Origin: Klebsiella grimontii
GTDB lineage: Bacteria; Pseudomonadota; Gammaproteobacteria; Enterobacterales; Enterobacteriaceae
Reading direction: 5' to 3'
NCBI RefSeq assembly: GCF_900200035.1
Contig: NZ_FZTC01000009.1
Coordinates: forward strand, 1-64,000
Length of the DNA: 64,000 bases
Program-made: the position numbers and the translations under genes
Shown here: piece after piece, positions 1 to 11,952 of the stretch
Layout of the letters: each line of letters opens with the position of its first letter
Position numbering within the stretch: position 1 is the first letter of the stretch
The notes under the pieces: model-generated
The model's input: only the letters and a program-made list of their open reading frames with translations
Told to the model about the DNA's origin: nothing
Databases searched by the model: none

Positions 1-67
1 GGGCTTTTTGCGTTTTTGTGGTCTGCGAATGACCGGACAGGAGTTGATCCTTATCCGGCCCCATATT

Positions 68-505
68 TTACTCATGTACCAGATGCAATAACGGATAAGG
101 TTTACCAAGATCGTCCGTCTCTGAACGCCCCGTCACCTTAAAGCCCATCTTCTGATAAAATCCGACCGCTTGCTCATTCTGCTCATTAACGTTGGTCGTC
201 AACTTTGGCGCCAGCGTTAGCGCGTGTTCAATCAGTAATTTACCGACTCCACAGCCGCGGACCGTAGGGTCAACGAATAGCGCATCCATATGTTCACCCG
301 TAAGAAGCATAAAGGCGACGGGCTCATCTTTCTCCGTTACCGCCACCCACAGCGGCGCTTCGGGTAGAAATGAACTCACCAGCGTTTCGAGTTCCACTCT
401 ATACTCTTTTGACAGGAAATCGTGTGTGGCATCAACCGACCGACGCCAGATCGCAACCAGTTTTTCCCCTTCATCATGCCGTGAACGGCGGATACTAATA
501 ACCAT
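68..505 (-). CDS. yjaB: GNAT-family N-acetyltransferase (YjaB-like peptidyl-lysine acetyltransferase)
   Basis: 145-aa ORF with near-identity over its length to E. coli YjaB (MVISIRRSRHEEGE...) as recalled; conserved position upstream of metA. Confidence 0.85.
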   Translation of the reverse strand: MVISIRRSRHDEGEKLVAIWRRSVDATHDFLSKEYRVELETLVSSFLPEAPLWVAVTEKDEPVAFMLLTGEHMDALFVDPTVRGCGVGKLLIEHALTLAPKLTTNVNEQNEQAVGFYQKMGFKVTGRSETDDLGKPYPLLHLVHE

Positions 506-661
506 AATTGCTCCTTTTATTTGTTCTTATATTCTAACCTAAAAATCTCCGTGAAATTTTCTCACCCTGCACCTGCAGGCTCGACATTCACCTTATTCCT
601 GGGTATCTTCAGCTGTCTGGATGTCTAAACGTTTATACGTATGCTATGAGGTAATAAAGTT

Positions 662-1591
662 ATGCCAATTCGGGTGCAGGACGAGCTACCGGCCGTCAAT
701 TTCTTGCGTAATGAAAACGTCTTTGTGATGACGACAACTCGCGCGACGACTCAGGAAATCCGCCCGCTGAAGGTGCTCATCCTTAATCTGATGCCGAAGA
801 AAATCGAGACTGAGAATCAGTTTCTGCGACTGCTTTCCAACTCTCCTCTGCAGCTTGATATCCAGCTGCTGCGCATCGATGCTCGCGAATCGCGTAATAC
901 CCCGGCGGAACACCTCAACAACTTTTACTGCAACTTTGAAGATATTTGCGATCAGAACTTTGACGGCCTGATTGTGACCGGCGCGCCTTTAGGGCTTGTT
1001 GAGTTTAATGACGTTGCCTACTGGCCGCAGATCAAGCAGGTACTGGAGTGGGCAAAAGATCATGTCACCTCCACACTGTTTGTCTGTTGGGCGGTACAGG
1101 CTGCCCTTAATATTCTCTACGGTATTCCTAAACAGACCCGCTCTGAAAAGATTTCCGGCGTATATGAACACCATATCCTGCAACCTCATGCCTTGTTAAC
1201 CCGCGGCTTTGACGATAGCTTTCTGGCCCCGCATTCGCGCTATGCCGATTTTCCGGCGGCGCTGATTCGCGACTACACCGACCTGGAGATTTTGGCGGAG
1301 ACGGAAGAGGGGGACGCCTACCTGTTCGCCAGTAAAGATAAACGCATCGCCTTCGTAACCGGTCACCCGGAATATGACGCCAATACCCTGGCCAGCGAGT
1401 TTTTCCGCGATGTGGAAGCGGGCCTCGATCCGCAGGTTCCGTACAATTATTTCCCGCAAAACGATCCGCAGAACAAACCGCGCGCCACATGGCGAAGCCA
1501 TGGCAATCTGCTGTTTATCAACTGGCTGAATTATTACGTCTACCAGATCACGCCATACGATCTACGCCATATGAATCCGACTCTGGATTAA
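662..1591 (+). CDS. metA: homoserine O-succinyltransferase
   Basis: 309-aa ORF matching MetA ([23 protein letters not shown]... family signature); followed by intrinsic terminator. Confidence 0.95.
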   Translation: MPIRVQDELPAVNFLRNENVFVMTTTRATTQEIRPLKVLILNLMPKKIETENQFLRLLSNSPLQLDIQLLRIDARESRNTPAEHLNNFYCNFEDICDQNFDGLIVTGAPLGLVEFNDVAYWPQIKQVLEWAKDHVTSTLFVCWAVQAALNILYGIPKQTRSEKISGVYEHHILQPHALLTRGFDDSFLAPHSRYADFPAALIRDYTDLEILAETEEGDAYLFASKDKRIAFVTGHPEYDANTLASEFFRDVEAGLDPQVPYNYFPQNDPQNKPRATWRSHGNLLFINWLNYYVYQITPYDLRHMNPTLD

Positions 1592-1636
1592 TCTTCTACA
1601 CAACGCGATCCTAAAGCGTTTCAGCATTTTGCCTCT

Positions 1637-1660
1637 GGCACCTTCGGGTGCCTTTTTTAT
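1637..1660 (+). terminator. rho-independent terminator downstream of metA
   Basis: GC hairpin ggcaccttcgggtgcc followed by TTTTTTAT. Confidence 0.75.
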
Positions 1661-1736
1661 TTCCGAAACGCAGCTCATATTGTAATTAAACTTTATTCAT
1701 ATTGTTATCAATGGGTTAAATTGTAATTAAATTAAA

Positions 1737-1775
1737 AATGGAAATTGTTTTTGATTTTGAAAAATAAATGCGTAG
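1737..1775. promoter_or_regulatory. IclR operator in aceBAK promoter region
   Basis: aaatggaaattgtttttgattttg matches the E. coli aceB IclR box (AATGGAAATTGTTTTTGATTTTGC) recalled from literature; AT-rich promoter just upstream of aceB. Confidence 0.6.
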
Positions 1776-1850
1776 TCTTAATTGTGCTGAACGAAAACTA
1801 CACAACGATCTTACGTTCGCGCCAACTGGATCAACCAAGAGGAGCAGCAC

Positions 1851-3452
1851 ATGACGCAGCAGGCGACAATTACTGACGAACTGGCTTTTAGCCAGCCATA
1901 TGGCGACCAGGAAAAGCAAATCTTAACGCCTGAGGCAGTGGAGTTTCTGACCGAGCTGGTGAGCCGCTTTACGCCAGAGCGCAACAAACTCCTGGCGGCG
2001 CGTATCCAGCAGCAGCAGGCAATTGACGACGGAAAGCTTCCTGATTTTATTTCGGAAACAGCTTCCATTCGTAATAGTGAATGGAAAATCCGCGGCATTC
2101 CGGAGGATTTGCAGGATCGGCGGGTGGAAATCACCGGGCCGGTTGAGCGCAAGATGGTGATCAATGCGCTCAATGCGAATGTGAAAGTGTTCATGGCGGA
2201 TTTCGAAGATTCGCTGGCGCCCGAATGGAACAAAGTCATTGATGGGCAAATTAACCTGCGCGATGCGGTTAACGGCACCATCAGCTACACCAATGAAGCC
2301 GGCAAGATTTATCAGCTCAAGCCGAACCCGGCGCTACTGATCTGCCGCGTTCGCGGTCTGCACCTGCCGGAAAAACATGTGACCTGGCGCGGTGAAGCCA
2401 TTCCCGGCAGCCTGTTCGACTTCGCACTCTATTTCTTCCATAACTACAAAGCGTTACTGGAAAAAGGCAGCGGCCCCTATTTCTATCTGCCGAAGACTCA
2501 GGCCTGGCAGGAAGCGGCGTGGTGGAGTGAAGTCTTTAGCTTTACGGAAGACCGTTTTGAGCTGCCGCGCGGCACCGTTAAAGCCACGTTGCTGATTGAA
2601 ACGCTGCCCGCCGTATTCCAGATGGATGAAATCCTGCATGCCCTGCGCGACCATATTGTTGGCCTGAACTGCGGGCGCTGGGACTACATCTTCAGCTATA
2701 TCAAAACGCTGAAGAACCACCCTGACCGCGTTCTGCCGGATCGTCAGGTAGTGACGATGGACAAACCTTTCCTCAGCGCCTATTCGCGATTGCTGATTAA
2801 GACCTGCCACAAGCGCGGCGCGTTTGCGATGGGCGGTATGGCGGCCTTTATCCCCAGTAAAGACGCTGAACGCAACAATCAGGTGCTGAATAAAGTAAAA
2901 GCCGATAAGTCGCTGGAGGCGAATAACGGCCATGACGGTACCTGGATCGCCCATCCCGGGCTGGCTGACACCGCGATGGCCGTCTTTAACGGTGTACTGG
3001 GCGAGAACAAAAATCAGCTGTCGGTTACCCGCGAAGACGACGCGCCGATTACCGCTGAACAGCTGCTGGCCCCCTGCGAGGGCGAACGAACCGAAGAGGG
3101 CATGCGCGCCAATATTCGCGTGGCGGTGCAGTACATCGAGGCGTGGATCTCCGGTAATGGCTGCGTACCGATCTATGGCCTGATGGAAGATGCGGCAACG
3201 GCCGAAATCTCCCGCACCTCGATTTGGCAGTGGATCCATCATGAGAAAACCCTCAGTAACGGCACACCGGTAACCAAAGCGCTGTTCCGCCAGTGGCTGG
3301 CCGAAGAGATGCGGGTGATTCAGGACGAACTGGGCGAGCACCGCTACAGCAGCGGGCGTTTTGATGAAGCCGCTCGCCTGATGGAACAGATCACCACCTC
3401 CGACGAGCTGATCGATTTCTTAACCCTGCCGGGCTATCGCCTTCTGGCCTAA
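1851..3452 (+). CDS. aceB: malate synthase A
   Basis: 533-aa ORF, MTEQATTTDELAFTRPYGEQEKQILT-type N-terminus and full-length similarity to AceB; first gene of aceBAK. Confidence 0.95.
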   Translation: MTQQATITDELAFSQPYGDQEKQILTPEAVEFLTELVSRFTPERNKLLAARIQQQQAIDDGKLPDFISETASIRNSEWKIRGIPEDLQDRRVEITGPVERKMVINALNANVKVFMADFEDSLAPEWNKVIDGQINLRDAVNGTISYTNEAGKIYQLKPNPALLICRVRGLHLPEKHVTWRGEAIPGSLFDFALYFFHNYKALLEKGSGPYFYLPKTQAWQEAAWWSEVFSFTEDRFELPRGTVKATLLIETLPAVFQMDEILHALRDHIVGLNCGRWDYIFSYIKTLKNHPDRVLPDRQVVTMDKPFLSAYSRLLIKTCHKRGAFAMGGMAAFIPSKDAERNNQVLNKVKADKSLEANNGHDGTWIAHPGLADTAMAVFNGVLGENKNQLSVTREDDAPITAEQLLAPCEGERTEEGMRANIRVAVQYIEAWISGNGCVPIYGLMEDAATAEISRTSIWQWIHHEKTLSNGTPVTKALFRQWLAEEMRVIQDELGEHRYSSGRFDEAARLMEQITTSDELIDFLTLPGYRLLA

Positions 3453-3483
3453 TTCACCACACAACAATATGGAGCATCTGCAC

Positions 3484-4788
3484 ATGAAGACTCGTACCCA
3501 ACAAATCGAAGAATTAAACAAAGAGTGGACGAAACCGCGCTGGGAAGGGATTACCCGCCCATACAGCGCCGAGGACGTGGTGAAGCTACGCGGCTCGGTC
3601 AATCCAGAGTGTACCCTGGCGCAGCTGGGCGCGGCAAAGATGTGGCGACTCCTGCACGGCGAAGCGAAAAAAGGCTACATCAACAGCCTGGGCGCGCTGA
3701 CCGGCGGGCAGGCGCTGCAGCAGGCGAAAGCGGGCATTGAAGCGATTTATCTTTCCGGCTGGCAGGTCGCGGCGGACGCCAACCTGGCTTCCAGCATGTA
3801 TCCGGATCAATCGCTCTATCCGGCAAACTCGGTACCGGCAGTTGTCGATCGGATCAACAACACCTTCCGCCGCGCGGATCAGATCCAGTGGTCTGCGGGC
3901 ATTGAGCTGAACGATCCGCGTTATACCGATTATTTCCTGCCGATCGTCGCCGACGCGGAAGCGGGATTTGGCGGCGTGCTTAATGCGTTCGAGCTGATGA
4001 AATCGATGATTGAGGCCGGTGCAGCGGCCGTACACTTCGAAGACCAGCTGGCATCGGTGAAGAAATGCGGCCATATGGGCGGCAAAGTACTGGTACCCAC
4101 GCAAGAAGCGATTCAGAAACTGGTTGCCGCGCGCCTGGCGGCGGACGTGATGGGCGTGCCGACCCTGGTGATCGCCCGTACTGACGCCGATGCGGCGGAT
4201 TTAATTACCTCAGACTGCGATCCTTACGATCGTCAGTTCATCACCGGAGACCGTACCAGCGAAGGGTTCTTCCGCACCCATGCCGGTATCGAACAGGCGA
4301 TCAGCCGCGGGCTGGCCTACGCGCCCTATGCCGACCTGGTGTGGTGTGAAACTTCCACCCCGGACCTTGAGCTGGCAAAGCGCTTTGCCGATGCGATTCA
4401 CGCGAAATATCCGGGCAAACTGCTGGCCTACAACTGCTCGCCGTCGTTTAACTGGCAGAAAAAGCTGGATGATAAAACCATTGCCAGCTTCCAGCAGCAG
4501 CTGGCGGATATGGGCTACAAGTATCAGTTCATCACCCTGGCCGGTATCCACAGCATGTGGTTCAACATGTTCGATCTGGCGCACGCTTACGCCCAGGGCG
4601 AGGGCATGAAGCATTATGTTGAGAAAGTCCAGCAGCCGGAGTTCGCGGCGGCTAAAGATGGCTACACCTTTGTCTCTCATCAGCAGGAAGTGGGTACCGG
4701 CTACTTCGATAAGGTGACCACCATTATCCAGGGCGGAACATCGTCGGTGACGGCGCTGACCGGCTCGACGGAAGAGTCGCAGTTCTGA
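3484..4788 (+). CDS. aceA: isocitrate lyase
   Basis: ORF contains [16 protein letters not shown]-like start (E. coli AceA N-terminus); track ORF begins 5 codons upstream at 3469, but the start was placed at 3484 to match E. coli AceA. Confidence 0.93.
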   Translation: MKTRTQQIEELNKEWTKPRWEGITRPYSAEDVVKLRGSVNPECTLAQLGAAKMWRLLHGEAKKGYINSLGALTGGQALQQAKAGIEAIYLSGWQVAADANLASSMYPDQSLYPANSVPAVVDRINNTFRRADQIQWSAGIELNDPRYTDYFLPIVADAEAGFGGVLNAFELMKSMIEAGAAAVHFEDQLASVKKCGHMGGKVLVPTQEAIQKLVAARLAADVMGVPTLVIARTDADAADLITSDCDPYDRQFITGDRTSEGFFRTHAGIEQAISRGLAYAPYADLVWCETSTPDLELAKRFADAIHAKYPGKLLAYNCSPSFNWQKKLDDKTIASFQQQLADMGYKYQFITLAGIHSMWFNMFDLAHAYAQGEGMKHYVEKVQQPEFAAAKDGYTFVSHQQEVGTGYFDKVTTIIQGGTSSVTALTGSTEESQF

Positions 4789-4889
4789 TTGCTGCCCGGT
4801 GGCGCTGCGCTTACCGGGCCTACGAAAGCGGTAGGCCGGATAAGCGTACGCGCCAACCGGCATGACCGGATGCTGGATGGGGGAAAGCG

Positions 4890-6632
4890 ATGACGCGTGG
4901 CCTGGAATTATTGATTGCTCAAACTATTTTGCAGGGTTTTGACGCCCAATATGGTCGTTTTCTTGAAGTGACTTCCGGCGCCCAGCAGCGCTTTGAACAG
5001 GCTGACTGGCATGCCGTCCAGCAGGCGATGAAGCAGCGTATTCACCTTTACGATCACCATGTCGGCCTGGTCGTCGAACAGCTGCGCTGCATTACCGATG
5101 GTAAAAATACCGATACCGAATTTTTGCTGCGGGTGAAAGAGCACTATACCCGCCTGCTGCCGGATTACCCTCGCTTCGAAATTGCGGAGAGCTTTTTTAA
5201 TTCCGTCTATTGCCGGTTGTTTGACCACCGCTCGCTGACTCCCGAGCGGCTTTTTATTTTCAGCTCGCAGCCGGAGCGGCGCTTACGTTCCATCCCGCGG
5301 CCGCTGGCTAAAGATTTCTTCCCGAACCGGGGCTGGGACACGTTATTACGCAAAGTGTTATCCGATCTTCCTCTCCGTCTGCCGTGGCAAAACAGCGCGC
5401 GCGACATCGGATATATCACCGCTTGCCTGCAGGAAGCGCTCGGCAGCGAGTTGCTTTCCCGCTCGCATCTGCAGGTGGCGAATGAACTGTTTTATCGCAA
5501 TAAGGCGGCCTGGCTGGTGGGTAAACTCGTCACGCCGATGGCGACGCTGCCTTTTCTTCTCCCCATCCATCGTTCCGATGAAGGTGAACTGTTTGTCGAT
5601 GCCTGTCTGACGACGCACGCCGAAGCCAGCATCGTTTTTGGCTTCGCCCGCTCCTATTTTATGGTTTACGCGCCGCTGCCCGGCGCGCTGGTTGAGTGGC
5701 TGCGCGAGATTCTCCCGGGTAAAACCACCGCCGAATTGTATATGGCGATTGGCTGCCAGAAGCATGCGAAAACCGAGAGTTATCGGGAATACCTGCACTA
5801 CATTTCCCGCAGCGATGAGCAATTTATTGAAGCGCCGGGGATCCGTGGAATGGTGATGCTGGTGTTTACTTTGCCGGGATTTGACCGGGTATTTAAGGTC
5901 ATTAAGGACCGCTTCGCGCCGCAAAAAGAGATGACCGCCGCCCACGTGCGCGCCTGCTATCAGCTGGTCAAAGAGCACGACCGCGTGGGACGGATGGCCG
6001 ATACCCAGGAGTTTGAGAACTTCGTGCTGGAGAAACGGCAAATTGCGCCCGAACTGATGACCCTGCTGCAAACCGAGGCCGGAGCGAAAATTACCGATCT
6101 CGGCGATCGCATCGCCATCAGCCATCTTTATATCGAGCGGCGGATGGTGCCGCTCAATATCTGGCTGGAGCAGGTCGACGGTCAGGCGCTGCGCGATGCG
6201 GTGGAGGAGTACGGGAACGCCATTCGACAGCTGGCTGCCGCCAATATTTTCCCCGGCGATATGCTCTTTAAAAACTTTGGCGTCACGCGTCACGGCCGGG
6301 TGGTGTTCTACGATTATGATGAAATTTGCTATATGACGGAAGTGAACTTCCGCGAGATCCCGCCGGCGCGCTACCCGGAAGATGAACTCGCCAGCGAGCC
6401 CTGGTATAGCGTCTCGCCGGGCGATGTTTTCCCGGAAGAGTTTCGCCACTGGCTGTGCGCCGATCCGCGCATCGGGCCGCTATTTGAAGAGATGCATGCC
6501 GACCTGCTGCGCGCCGACTACTGGCGGGAGCTGCAAACGCGCATCCGCAACGGCCACGTGGAAGATGTCTACGCCTATCGCCGCCGTCAGCGCTTTTGCG
6601 TGCGTTACGGCAATCTGCAGCAGGCGGGGTAA
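4890..6632 (+). CDS. aceK: isocitrate dehydrogenase kinase/phosphatase
   Basis: 580-aa [31 protein letters not shown] matches AceK; third gene of glyoxylate operon. Confidence 0.95.
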   Translation: MTRGLELLIAQTILQGFDAQYGRFLEVTSGAQQRFEQADWHAVQQAMKQRIHLYDHHVGLVVEQLRCITDGKNTDTEFLLRVKEHYTRLLPDYPRFEIAESFFNSVYCRLFDHRSLTPERLFIFSSQPERRLRSIPRPLAKDFFPNRGWDTLLRKVLSDLPLRLPWQNSARDIGYITACLQEALGSELLSRSHLQVANELFYRNKAAWLVGKLVTPMATLPFLLPIHRSDEGELFVDACLTTHAEASIVFGFARSYFMVYAPLPGALVEWLREILPGKTTAELYMAIGCQKHAKTESYREYLHYISRSDEQFIEAPGIRGMVMLVFTLPGFDRVFKVIKDRFAPQKEMTAAHVRACYQLVKEHDRVGRMADTQEFENFVLEKRQIAPELMTLLQTEAGAKITDLGDRIAISHLYIERRMVPLNIWLEQVDGQALRDAVEEYGNAIRQLAAANIFPGDMLFKNFGVTRHGRVVFYDYDEICYMTEVNFREIPPARYPEDELASEPWYSVSPGDVFPEEFRHWLCADPRIGPLFEEMHADLLRADYWRELQTRIRNGHVEDVYAYRRRQRFCVRYGNLQQAG

Positions 6633-6645
6633 CAGGCGGGCTGGC

Positions 6646-7059
6646 TCAGGCCGCTTCGATAACGGCAAACTCTTCGTATACCAGCTCCATATCCGGCGCC
6701 CAGGTGCCCTCTCGTTCAAAGAAGGCCTGATGCGCCGATTGCCAGTAGGCGAGGCTCAAATCGCCTTCGCCTTCCAGCGCGGCGAGCTCCGGGCTCATTT
6801 CGTTAAAACGGATGAGTCTGAGCGTCAGGGTGCGTATCACGCAGACGGCTTTCCCTTTGCCGTCCAGCACAATGTGATATGCCCCTGGCGTCACGGGCGG
6901 CTGTTCCTGCTGATAGCTGACAAGCGAGCCGCAGGTGCCGCGCTTTTTCCCCGCGACGACCAGGGCCGCCAGCTCGTCGGCCAGCGCCGCGGAATCGCCG
7001 AAAGACCAGCAAAAAGCGGAAGGGTATTTATCCTGCCAGTAGGATTTCAGATCGCTCAT
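6646..7059 (-). CDS. ASCH (PUA-like) domain protein, function unknown
   Basis: 137-aa ORF occupying the slot that holds arpA in E. coli K-12; ASCH assignment from recalled family features, not a search. Confidence 0.55.
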   Translation of the reverse strand: MSDLKSYWQDKYPSAFCWSFGDSAALADELAALVVAGKKRGTCGSLVSYQQEQPPVTPGAYHIVLDGKGKAVCVIRTLTLRLIRFNEMSPELAALEGEGDLSLAYWQSAHQAFFEREGTWAPDMELVYEEFAVIEAA

Positions 7060-7887
7060 TTAGCGTACTCCGCCGTAGGCCAGCGTGACTTCTTTCGCCG
7101 CCTTAATCACCATCGCGCCGAACTCGGTCACGCGATCATCGGTAATGCGGGAAATGGGCCCGGAAATAGAGATGGCGGCGAACGGCTCACGATGTTCATC
7201 ATAAATGCATGACGCCACGCAGCGTAGGCCAAGCGCGTGTTCTTCATCATCAAACGAGTAGCCGCGTTTGCGCGTCTGGGCCAGGTCCTCTTTCAGATGC
7301 ACCGGCGATACCAGCGTGGCGTGGGTATAAGCGTGCAGGCCTTGACGGTGCAGCAGACCGGTGACCTGATCTTCACTCAGTTGCGACAAAAACGCCTTTC
7401 CGGCGCCGGAAGCGTGCATCGGTAGCTTACCGCCAATCGGCGCCGACATGCGCATCAGCTGGGTACACTGCACCTGATCGATAATAATCGCCTGATGGTC
7501 GCTCTGGTCCAGCACCGCGAGGTTAACCGTTTCGCCGGAGTCTTCCATCAGCTGACGCAAAATCGGATGGACGATCGCCAACAGATTACGGCTTTGCAGG
7601 AAGCTGCTGCCGACGACGAAAGCATGCGCGCCTACCGACCAGTGTCCCAGCTCACCGACCTGACGAACAAAACCCAGCTGCTGCATGGTCGTCAGCAGGC
7701 GGTGCGTCGTGGAGTTAGGCAAACCAGCCTGCTGGGCCAGCTCGGTCAGCGCCACGCTGCCGTGGGATTCAGCAATCCATTCAAGCAGTTTCAGTCCGCG
7801 AGTCAGGGACTGAACTTGTCCGCCAGCCGGAGCGGCGGCGGGAGAGGCAGGTTTTCTGCCGCGTTTTGCGGGAGCGGGGGTCGCCAT
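7060..7887 (-). CDS. iclR: glyoxylate bypass repressor IclR
   Basis: Near-identity to E. coli IclR (…PAKRGRKPA…GQVQSLTRGLKLLEWIAES…); start set at MATPAPAKRG rather than the upstream in-frame Met of the 295-aa track ORF. Confidence 0.92.
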   Translation of the reverse strand: MATPAPAKRGRKPASPAAAPAGGQVQSLTRGLKLLEWIAESHGSVALTELAQQAGLPNSTTHRLLTTMQQLGFVRQVGELGHWSVGAHAFVVGSSFLQSRNLLAIVHPILRQLMEDSGETVNLAVLDQSDHQAIIIDQVQCTQLMRMSAPIGGKLPMHASGAGKAFLSQLSEDQVTGLLHRQGLHAYTHATLVSPVHLKEDLAQTRKRGYSFDDEEHALGLRCVASCIYDEHREPFAAISISGPISRITDDRVTEFGAMVIKAAKEVTLAYGGVR

Positions 7888-8083
7888 CGCGGACTCCTTT
7901 TTTCTGTATCGTGGAAATGATTTTCGTTTTATTTGGCGATAATGCAATCACTACCCGACTGATCGGATGAGTGAAGCTGAACATGTCTCATCTTGCCCGC
8001 TGTTCTCTTTTCCACCCCTTCGGTTTGTGCCAGTATGGTCTGTTGAGTTTTTTCGGTCTGGTTGAGCGTTGTCGGGAGCGAGT

Positions 8084-11000
8084 GTGAGCAGCAAAGTTGA
8101 GCAACTGCGTCAGCAGTTAAAAGCACGTATTTTGGTTCTGGATGGGGGCATGGGCACCATGATCCAGAGCTATCGTCTGAGTGAGCAGGACTTTCGCGGC
8201 GAACGCTTTGCCGACTGGCCGTGCGACCTGAAGGGCAACAACGACCTGCTGGTTCTCAGCAAGCCGGAAGTGATAACCGCTATCCACGATGCCTATTTCG
8301 AGGCCGGGGCGGATATCATTGAAACCAACACCTTTAACTCGACGACCATCGCGATGGCGGATTACCAGATGGAATCCCTGTCGGCGGAGATCAACTTTAC
8401 GGCGGCGAAACTGGCCCGCGCCAGCGCCGATGCCTGGAGCGCCCGCACGCCGGAAAAACCGCGCTACGTCGCAGGCGTTCTCGGCCCGACTAACCGCACC
8501 GCGTCTATTTCTCCGGACGTCAACGACCCGGCCTACCGCAACATCACCTTTGACGGGCTGGTGGAAGCCTATCGTGAATCCACCAAAGCGCTGGTGGAAG
8601 GCGGGGCGGATCTGATTCTGATTGAGACGGTGTTCGATACCCTCAACGCCAAGGCGGCGATCTTTGCGGTTAAAGAGGAGTTCGAAGCGCTGGGTGTCGA
8701 TCTGCCGATTATGATCTCCGGCACCATCACCGACGCCTCCGGGCGCACGCTGTCCGGCCAGACCACCGAAGCTTTTTATAACTCGCTGCGCCACGCCGAT
8801 GCGCTGACGTTCGGCCTCAACTGCGCCCTCGGGCCGGATGAGCTGCGCCAGTACGTGCAGGAACTGTCGCGTATCGCCGAGTGCTACGTCACCGCCCACC
8901 CGAACGCCGGTCTGCCAAACGCTTTTGGTGAATACGATCTGGACGCCGACACGATGGCGGCGCAAATTCGCGAATGGGCTGAAGCCGGATTCCTGAATAT
9001 TGTCGGCGGCTGCTGCGGCACCACGCCGGAACATATCGCCGCCATGAGCCACGCGGTGGCCGGCCTGCCGCCGCGCCAGCTGCCGGAGATCCCCGTTGCC
9101 TGCCGTCTTTCCGGCCTGGAGCCGCTGAATATCGGCGACGACAGCCTGTTTGTGAACGTTGGCGAACGCACCAACGTCACCGGCTCGGCGAAATTTAAGC
9201 GCCTGATTAAAGAAGAAAAATATAACGAAGCGCTGGATGTAGCGCGCCAGCAGGTCGAAAGCGGCGCGCAGATTATCGATATCAATATGGATGAGGGGAT
9301 GCTCGACGCCGAAGCGGCGATGACGCGTTTCCTCAACCTGATCGCCGGTGAGCCGGATATCGCCCGCGTGCCGATTATGATCGACTCTTCCAAATGGGAA
9401 GTTATCGAAAAAGGCCTGAAGTGTATTCAGGGTAAAGGCATCGTTAACTCCATCTCGATGAAAGAGGGCGTTGAGCCGTTTATCCAGCACGCGAAAAAGG
9501 TGCGCCGCTACGGGGCCGCCGTGGTGGTGATGGCCTTTGATGAAGTGGGCCAGGCCGATACCCGCGAGCGGAAAATTGAAATTTGCCGCCGGGCGTACAA
9601 AATTCTCACCGAAGAGGTGGGTTTCCCGCCGGAAGATATCATCTTTGACCCGAATATTTTCGCCGTGGCGACCGGAATTGAAGAGCACAACAACTACGCC
9701 CAGGACTTTATCGGCGCCTGCGAAGATATCAAACGCGAACTGCCGCACGCGCTCATTTCCGGCGGCGTTTCTAACGTGTCGTTCTCCTTCCGCGGCAACG
9801 ACCCTGTGCGCGAGGCGATTCACGCGGTATTCCTTTACTACGCCATCCGCAACGGTATGGATATGGGTATCGTCAACGCCGGCCAGCTGGCGATTTACGA
9901 CGATCTGCCCGCCGAGCTGCGCGACGCGGTTGAAGATGTGATTCTGAACCGCCGCGATGACGGCACCGAACGCCTGCTCGATCTGGCGGAAAAATATCGC
10001 GGCAGCAAAACGGATGACACTGCCAACGCCCAGCAGGCGGAGTGGCGCAGCTGGGACGTCAAAAAACGCCTCGAATACTCGCTGGTGAAGGGCATTACCG
10101 AATTTATCGAACTGGATACCGAAGAAGCTCGCCAACAGGCCGCGCGTCCGATTGAGGTGATCGAAGGGCCGCTGATGGACGGCATGAACGTGGTCGGCGA
10201 TCTGTTCGGCGAGGGGAAAATGTTCCTGCCGCAGGTGGTGAAATCCGCCCGCGTAATGAAGCAGGCGGTGGCCTACCTTGAACCCTATATCGAAGCCAGC
10301 AAAGAGAAAGGCTCCAGCAACGGCAAGATGGTGATCGCCACCGTGAAAGGCGACGTTCACGACATCGGTAAGAACATTGTCGGCGTGGTGCTGCAGTGTA
10401 ATAACTACGAAATCGTCGATCTTGGCGTGATGGTGCCTGCGGATAAAATCCTCAAAACCGCCCGTGAGGTGAACGCCGATCTGATTGGCCTCTCCGGGCT
10501 GATTACGCCGTCGCTGGATGAGATGGTCAACGTGGCGAAGGAGATGGAGCGTCAGGGCTTTACTATTCCGCTGCTGATCGGCGGCGCCACTACCTCGAAA
10601 GCGCATACGGCGGTGAAAATCGAGCAGAACTACAGCGGCCCGACGGTCTACGTACAGAACGCCTCGCGTACCGTCGGCGTGGTCGCTGCGCTGCTGTCCG
10701 CGACCCAGCGTGATGATTTTGTCGCCCGAACCCGCAAAGAGTACGAAACGGTACGTATTCAGCACGGGCGTAAAAAGCCGCGCACCCCGCCGGTCACGCT
10801 GGAAGCCGCGCGCGATAACGATCTGGCCTTTGACTGGGAAAGCTATACGCCGCCGGTGGCCCATCGCCTGGGCGTGCAGGAAGTGGAAGCCAGTATCGAA
10901 ACCCTGCGTAACTATATCGACTGGACGCCGTTCTTTATGACCTGGTCGCTGGCCGGGAAATATCCGCGCATTCTGGAAGATGAAGTGGTGGGCGAAGAGG

Positions 11001-11767
11001 CGAAGCGCCTGTTCAGCGATGCCAATGAGCTGCTGGATAAGCTCAGCGCCGAGAAGACCCTGAATCCGCGAGGCGTAGTGGGGCTGTTCCCGGCTAACCG
11101 CGTCGGCGACGATGTCGAAATCTATCGCGATGAAACTCGCACGCACGTGCTGACGGTGGGGCATCATTTACGCCAGCAGACCGAAAAAGTTGGTTTTGCC
11201 AACTACTGCCTGGCGGATTTTGTCGCCCCGAAACTGTCAGGAAAAGCGGATTATATCGGCGCCTTTGCGGTGACCGGCGGCCTTGAGGAAGACGCGCTGG
11301 CCGACGCCTACGAAGCGCAGCACGATGATTACAACAAGATTATGGTGAAGGCGATTGCCGACCGCCTGGCGGAAGCCTTTGCCGAATATCTGCATGAGCG
11401 GGTGCGCAAGGTCTACTGGGGCTATGCGGCGAACGAGAACCTCAGCAACGAAGAGCTGATCCGCGAGAACTACCAGGGGATTCGCCCGGCGCCGGGCTAT
11501 CCGGCCTGCCCGGAGCACACTGAAAAGGCGACGATCTGGGCGCTGCTGGAGGTGGAAAAACACACCGGCATGAAGCTGACGGAGTCCTTTGCCATGTGGC
11601 CCGGCGCGTCGGTTTCCGGCTGGTACTTCAGCCATCCTGACAGCAAGTACTTCGCGGTGGCGCAAATTCAGCGCGATCAGGTGGAAGACTACGCGTTACG
11701 AAAAGGAATGAGCGTGGCGGAAGTGGAGCGCTGGCTGGCGCCTAATCTGGGGTATGACGCTGATTAA
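8084..11767 (+). CDS. metH: cobalamin-dependent methionine synthase
   Basis: 1227-aa class protein; GTG start giving (M)[11 protein letters not shown] as in E. coli metH; Hcy-binding, pterin-binding, B12 and AdoMet domains evident along the length. Confidence 0.95.
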   Translation: MSSKVEQLRQQLKARILVLDGGMGTMIQSYRLSEQDFRGERFADWPCDLKGNNDLLVLSKPEVITAIHDAYFEAGADIIETNTFNSTTIAMADYQMESLSAEINFTAAKLARASADAWSARTPEKPRYVAGVLGPTNRTASISPDVNDPAYRNITFDGLVEAYRESTKALVEGGADLILIETVFDTLNAKAAIFAVKEEFEALGVDLPIMISGTITDASGRTLSGQTTEAFYNSLRHADALTFGLNCALGPDELRQYVQELSRIAECYVTAHPNAGLPNAFGEYDLDADTMAAQIREWAEAGFLNIVGGCCGTTPEHIAAMSHAVAGLPPRQLPEIPVACRLSGLEPLNIGDDSLFVNVGERTNVTGSAKFKRLIKEEKYNEALDVARQQVESGAQIIDINMDEGMLDAEAAMTRFLNLIAGEPDIARVPIMIDSSKWEVIEKGLKCIQGKGIVNSISMKEGVEPFIQHAKKVRRYGAAVVVMAFDEVGQADTRERKIEICRRAYKILTEEVGFPPEDIIFDPNIFAVATGIEEHNNYAQDFIGACEDIKRELPHALISGGVSNVSFSFRGNDPVREAIHAVFLYYAIRNGMDMGIVNAGQLAIYDDLPAELRDAVEDVILNRRDDGTERLLDLAEKYRGSKTDDTANAQQAEWRSWDVKKRLEYSLVKGITEFIELDTEEARQQAARPIEVIEGPLMDGMNVVGDLFGEGKMFLPQVVKSARVMKQAVAYLEPYIEASKEKGSSNGKMVIATVKGDVHDIGKNIVGVVLQCNNYEIVDLGVMVPADKILKTAREVNADLIGLSGLITPSLDEMVNVAKEMERQGFTIPLLIGGATTSKAHTAVKIEQNYSGPTVYVQNASRTVGVVAALLSATQRDDFVARTRKEYETVRIQHGRKKPRTPPVTLEAARDNDLAFDWESYTPPVAHRLGVQEVEASIETLRNYIDWTPFFMTWSLAGKYPRILEDEVVGEEAKRLFSDANELLDKLSAEKTLNPRGVVGLFPANRVGDDVEIYRDETRTHVLTVGHHLRQQTEKVGFANYCLADFVAPKLSGKADYIGAFAVTGGLEEDALADAYEAQHDDYNKIMVKAIADRLAEAFAEYLHERVRKVYWGYAANENLSNEELIRENYQGIRPAPGYPACPEHTEKATIWALLEVEKHTGMKLTESFAMWPGASVSGWYFSHPDSKYFAVAQIQRDQVEDYALRKGMSVAEVERWLAPNLGYDAD

Positions 11768-11799
11768 TTTGTAAAGTGGTCACCTTTTCTTACAACTAA

Positions 11800-11830
11800 C
11801 AGGGCGCTCAATGAGCGCCCTGTCTCTTTA
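11800..11830 (+). terminator. rho-independent terminator after metH
   Basis: perfect hairpin cagggcgctca/tgagcgccctg followed by T-rich tctcttta. Confidence 0.7.
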
Positions 11831-11952
11831 TTGAGCGTAAACCCTTATACTTAAGAGCTTGAGATCGTTGTGGAGCGGATAAGCGAAGCGCCATCCGGCC
11901 TGTAACGGTTTATGAGTTCGGGAACGAATAAATATAAGGAGAAGCTGATTCC

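Noticed and set aside
5358-6449. 363-aa minus-strand ORF overlapping aceK
   Set aside because: Antisense to aceK, which has full-length homology. No start context or domains.
8117-11167. 1016-aa ORF on the minus strand spanning most of metH
   Set aside because: Entirely antisense to the strongly supported metH CDS. Its amino-acid composition (R/G/A/H-rich, low complexity) is typical of high-GC antisense frames, with no recognisable domains.
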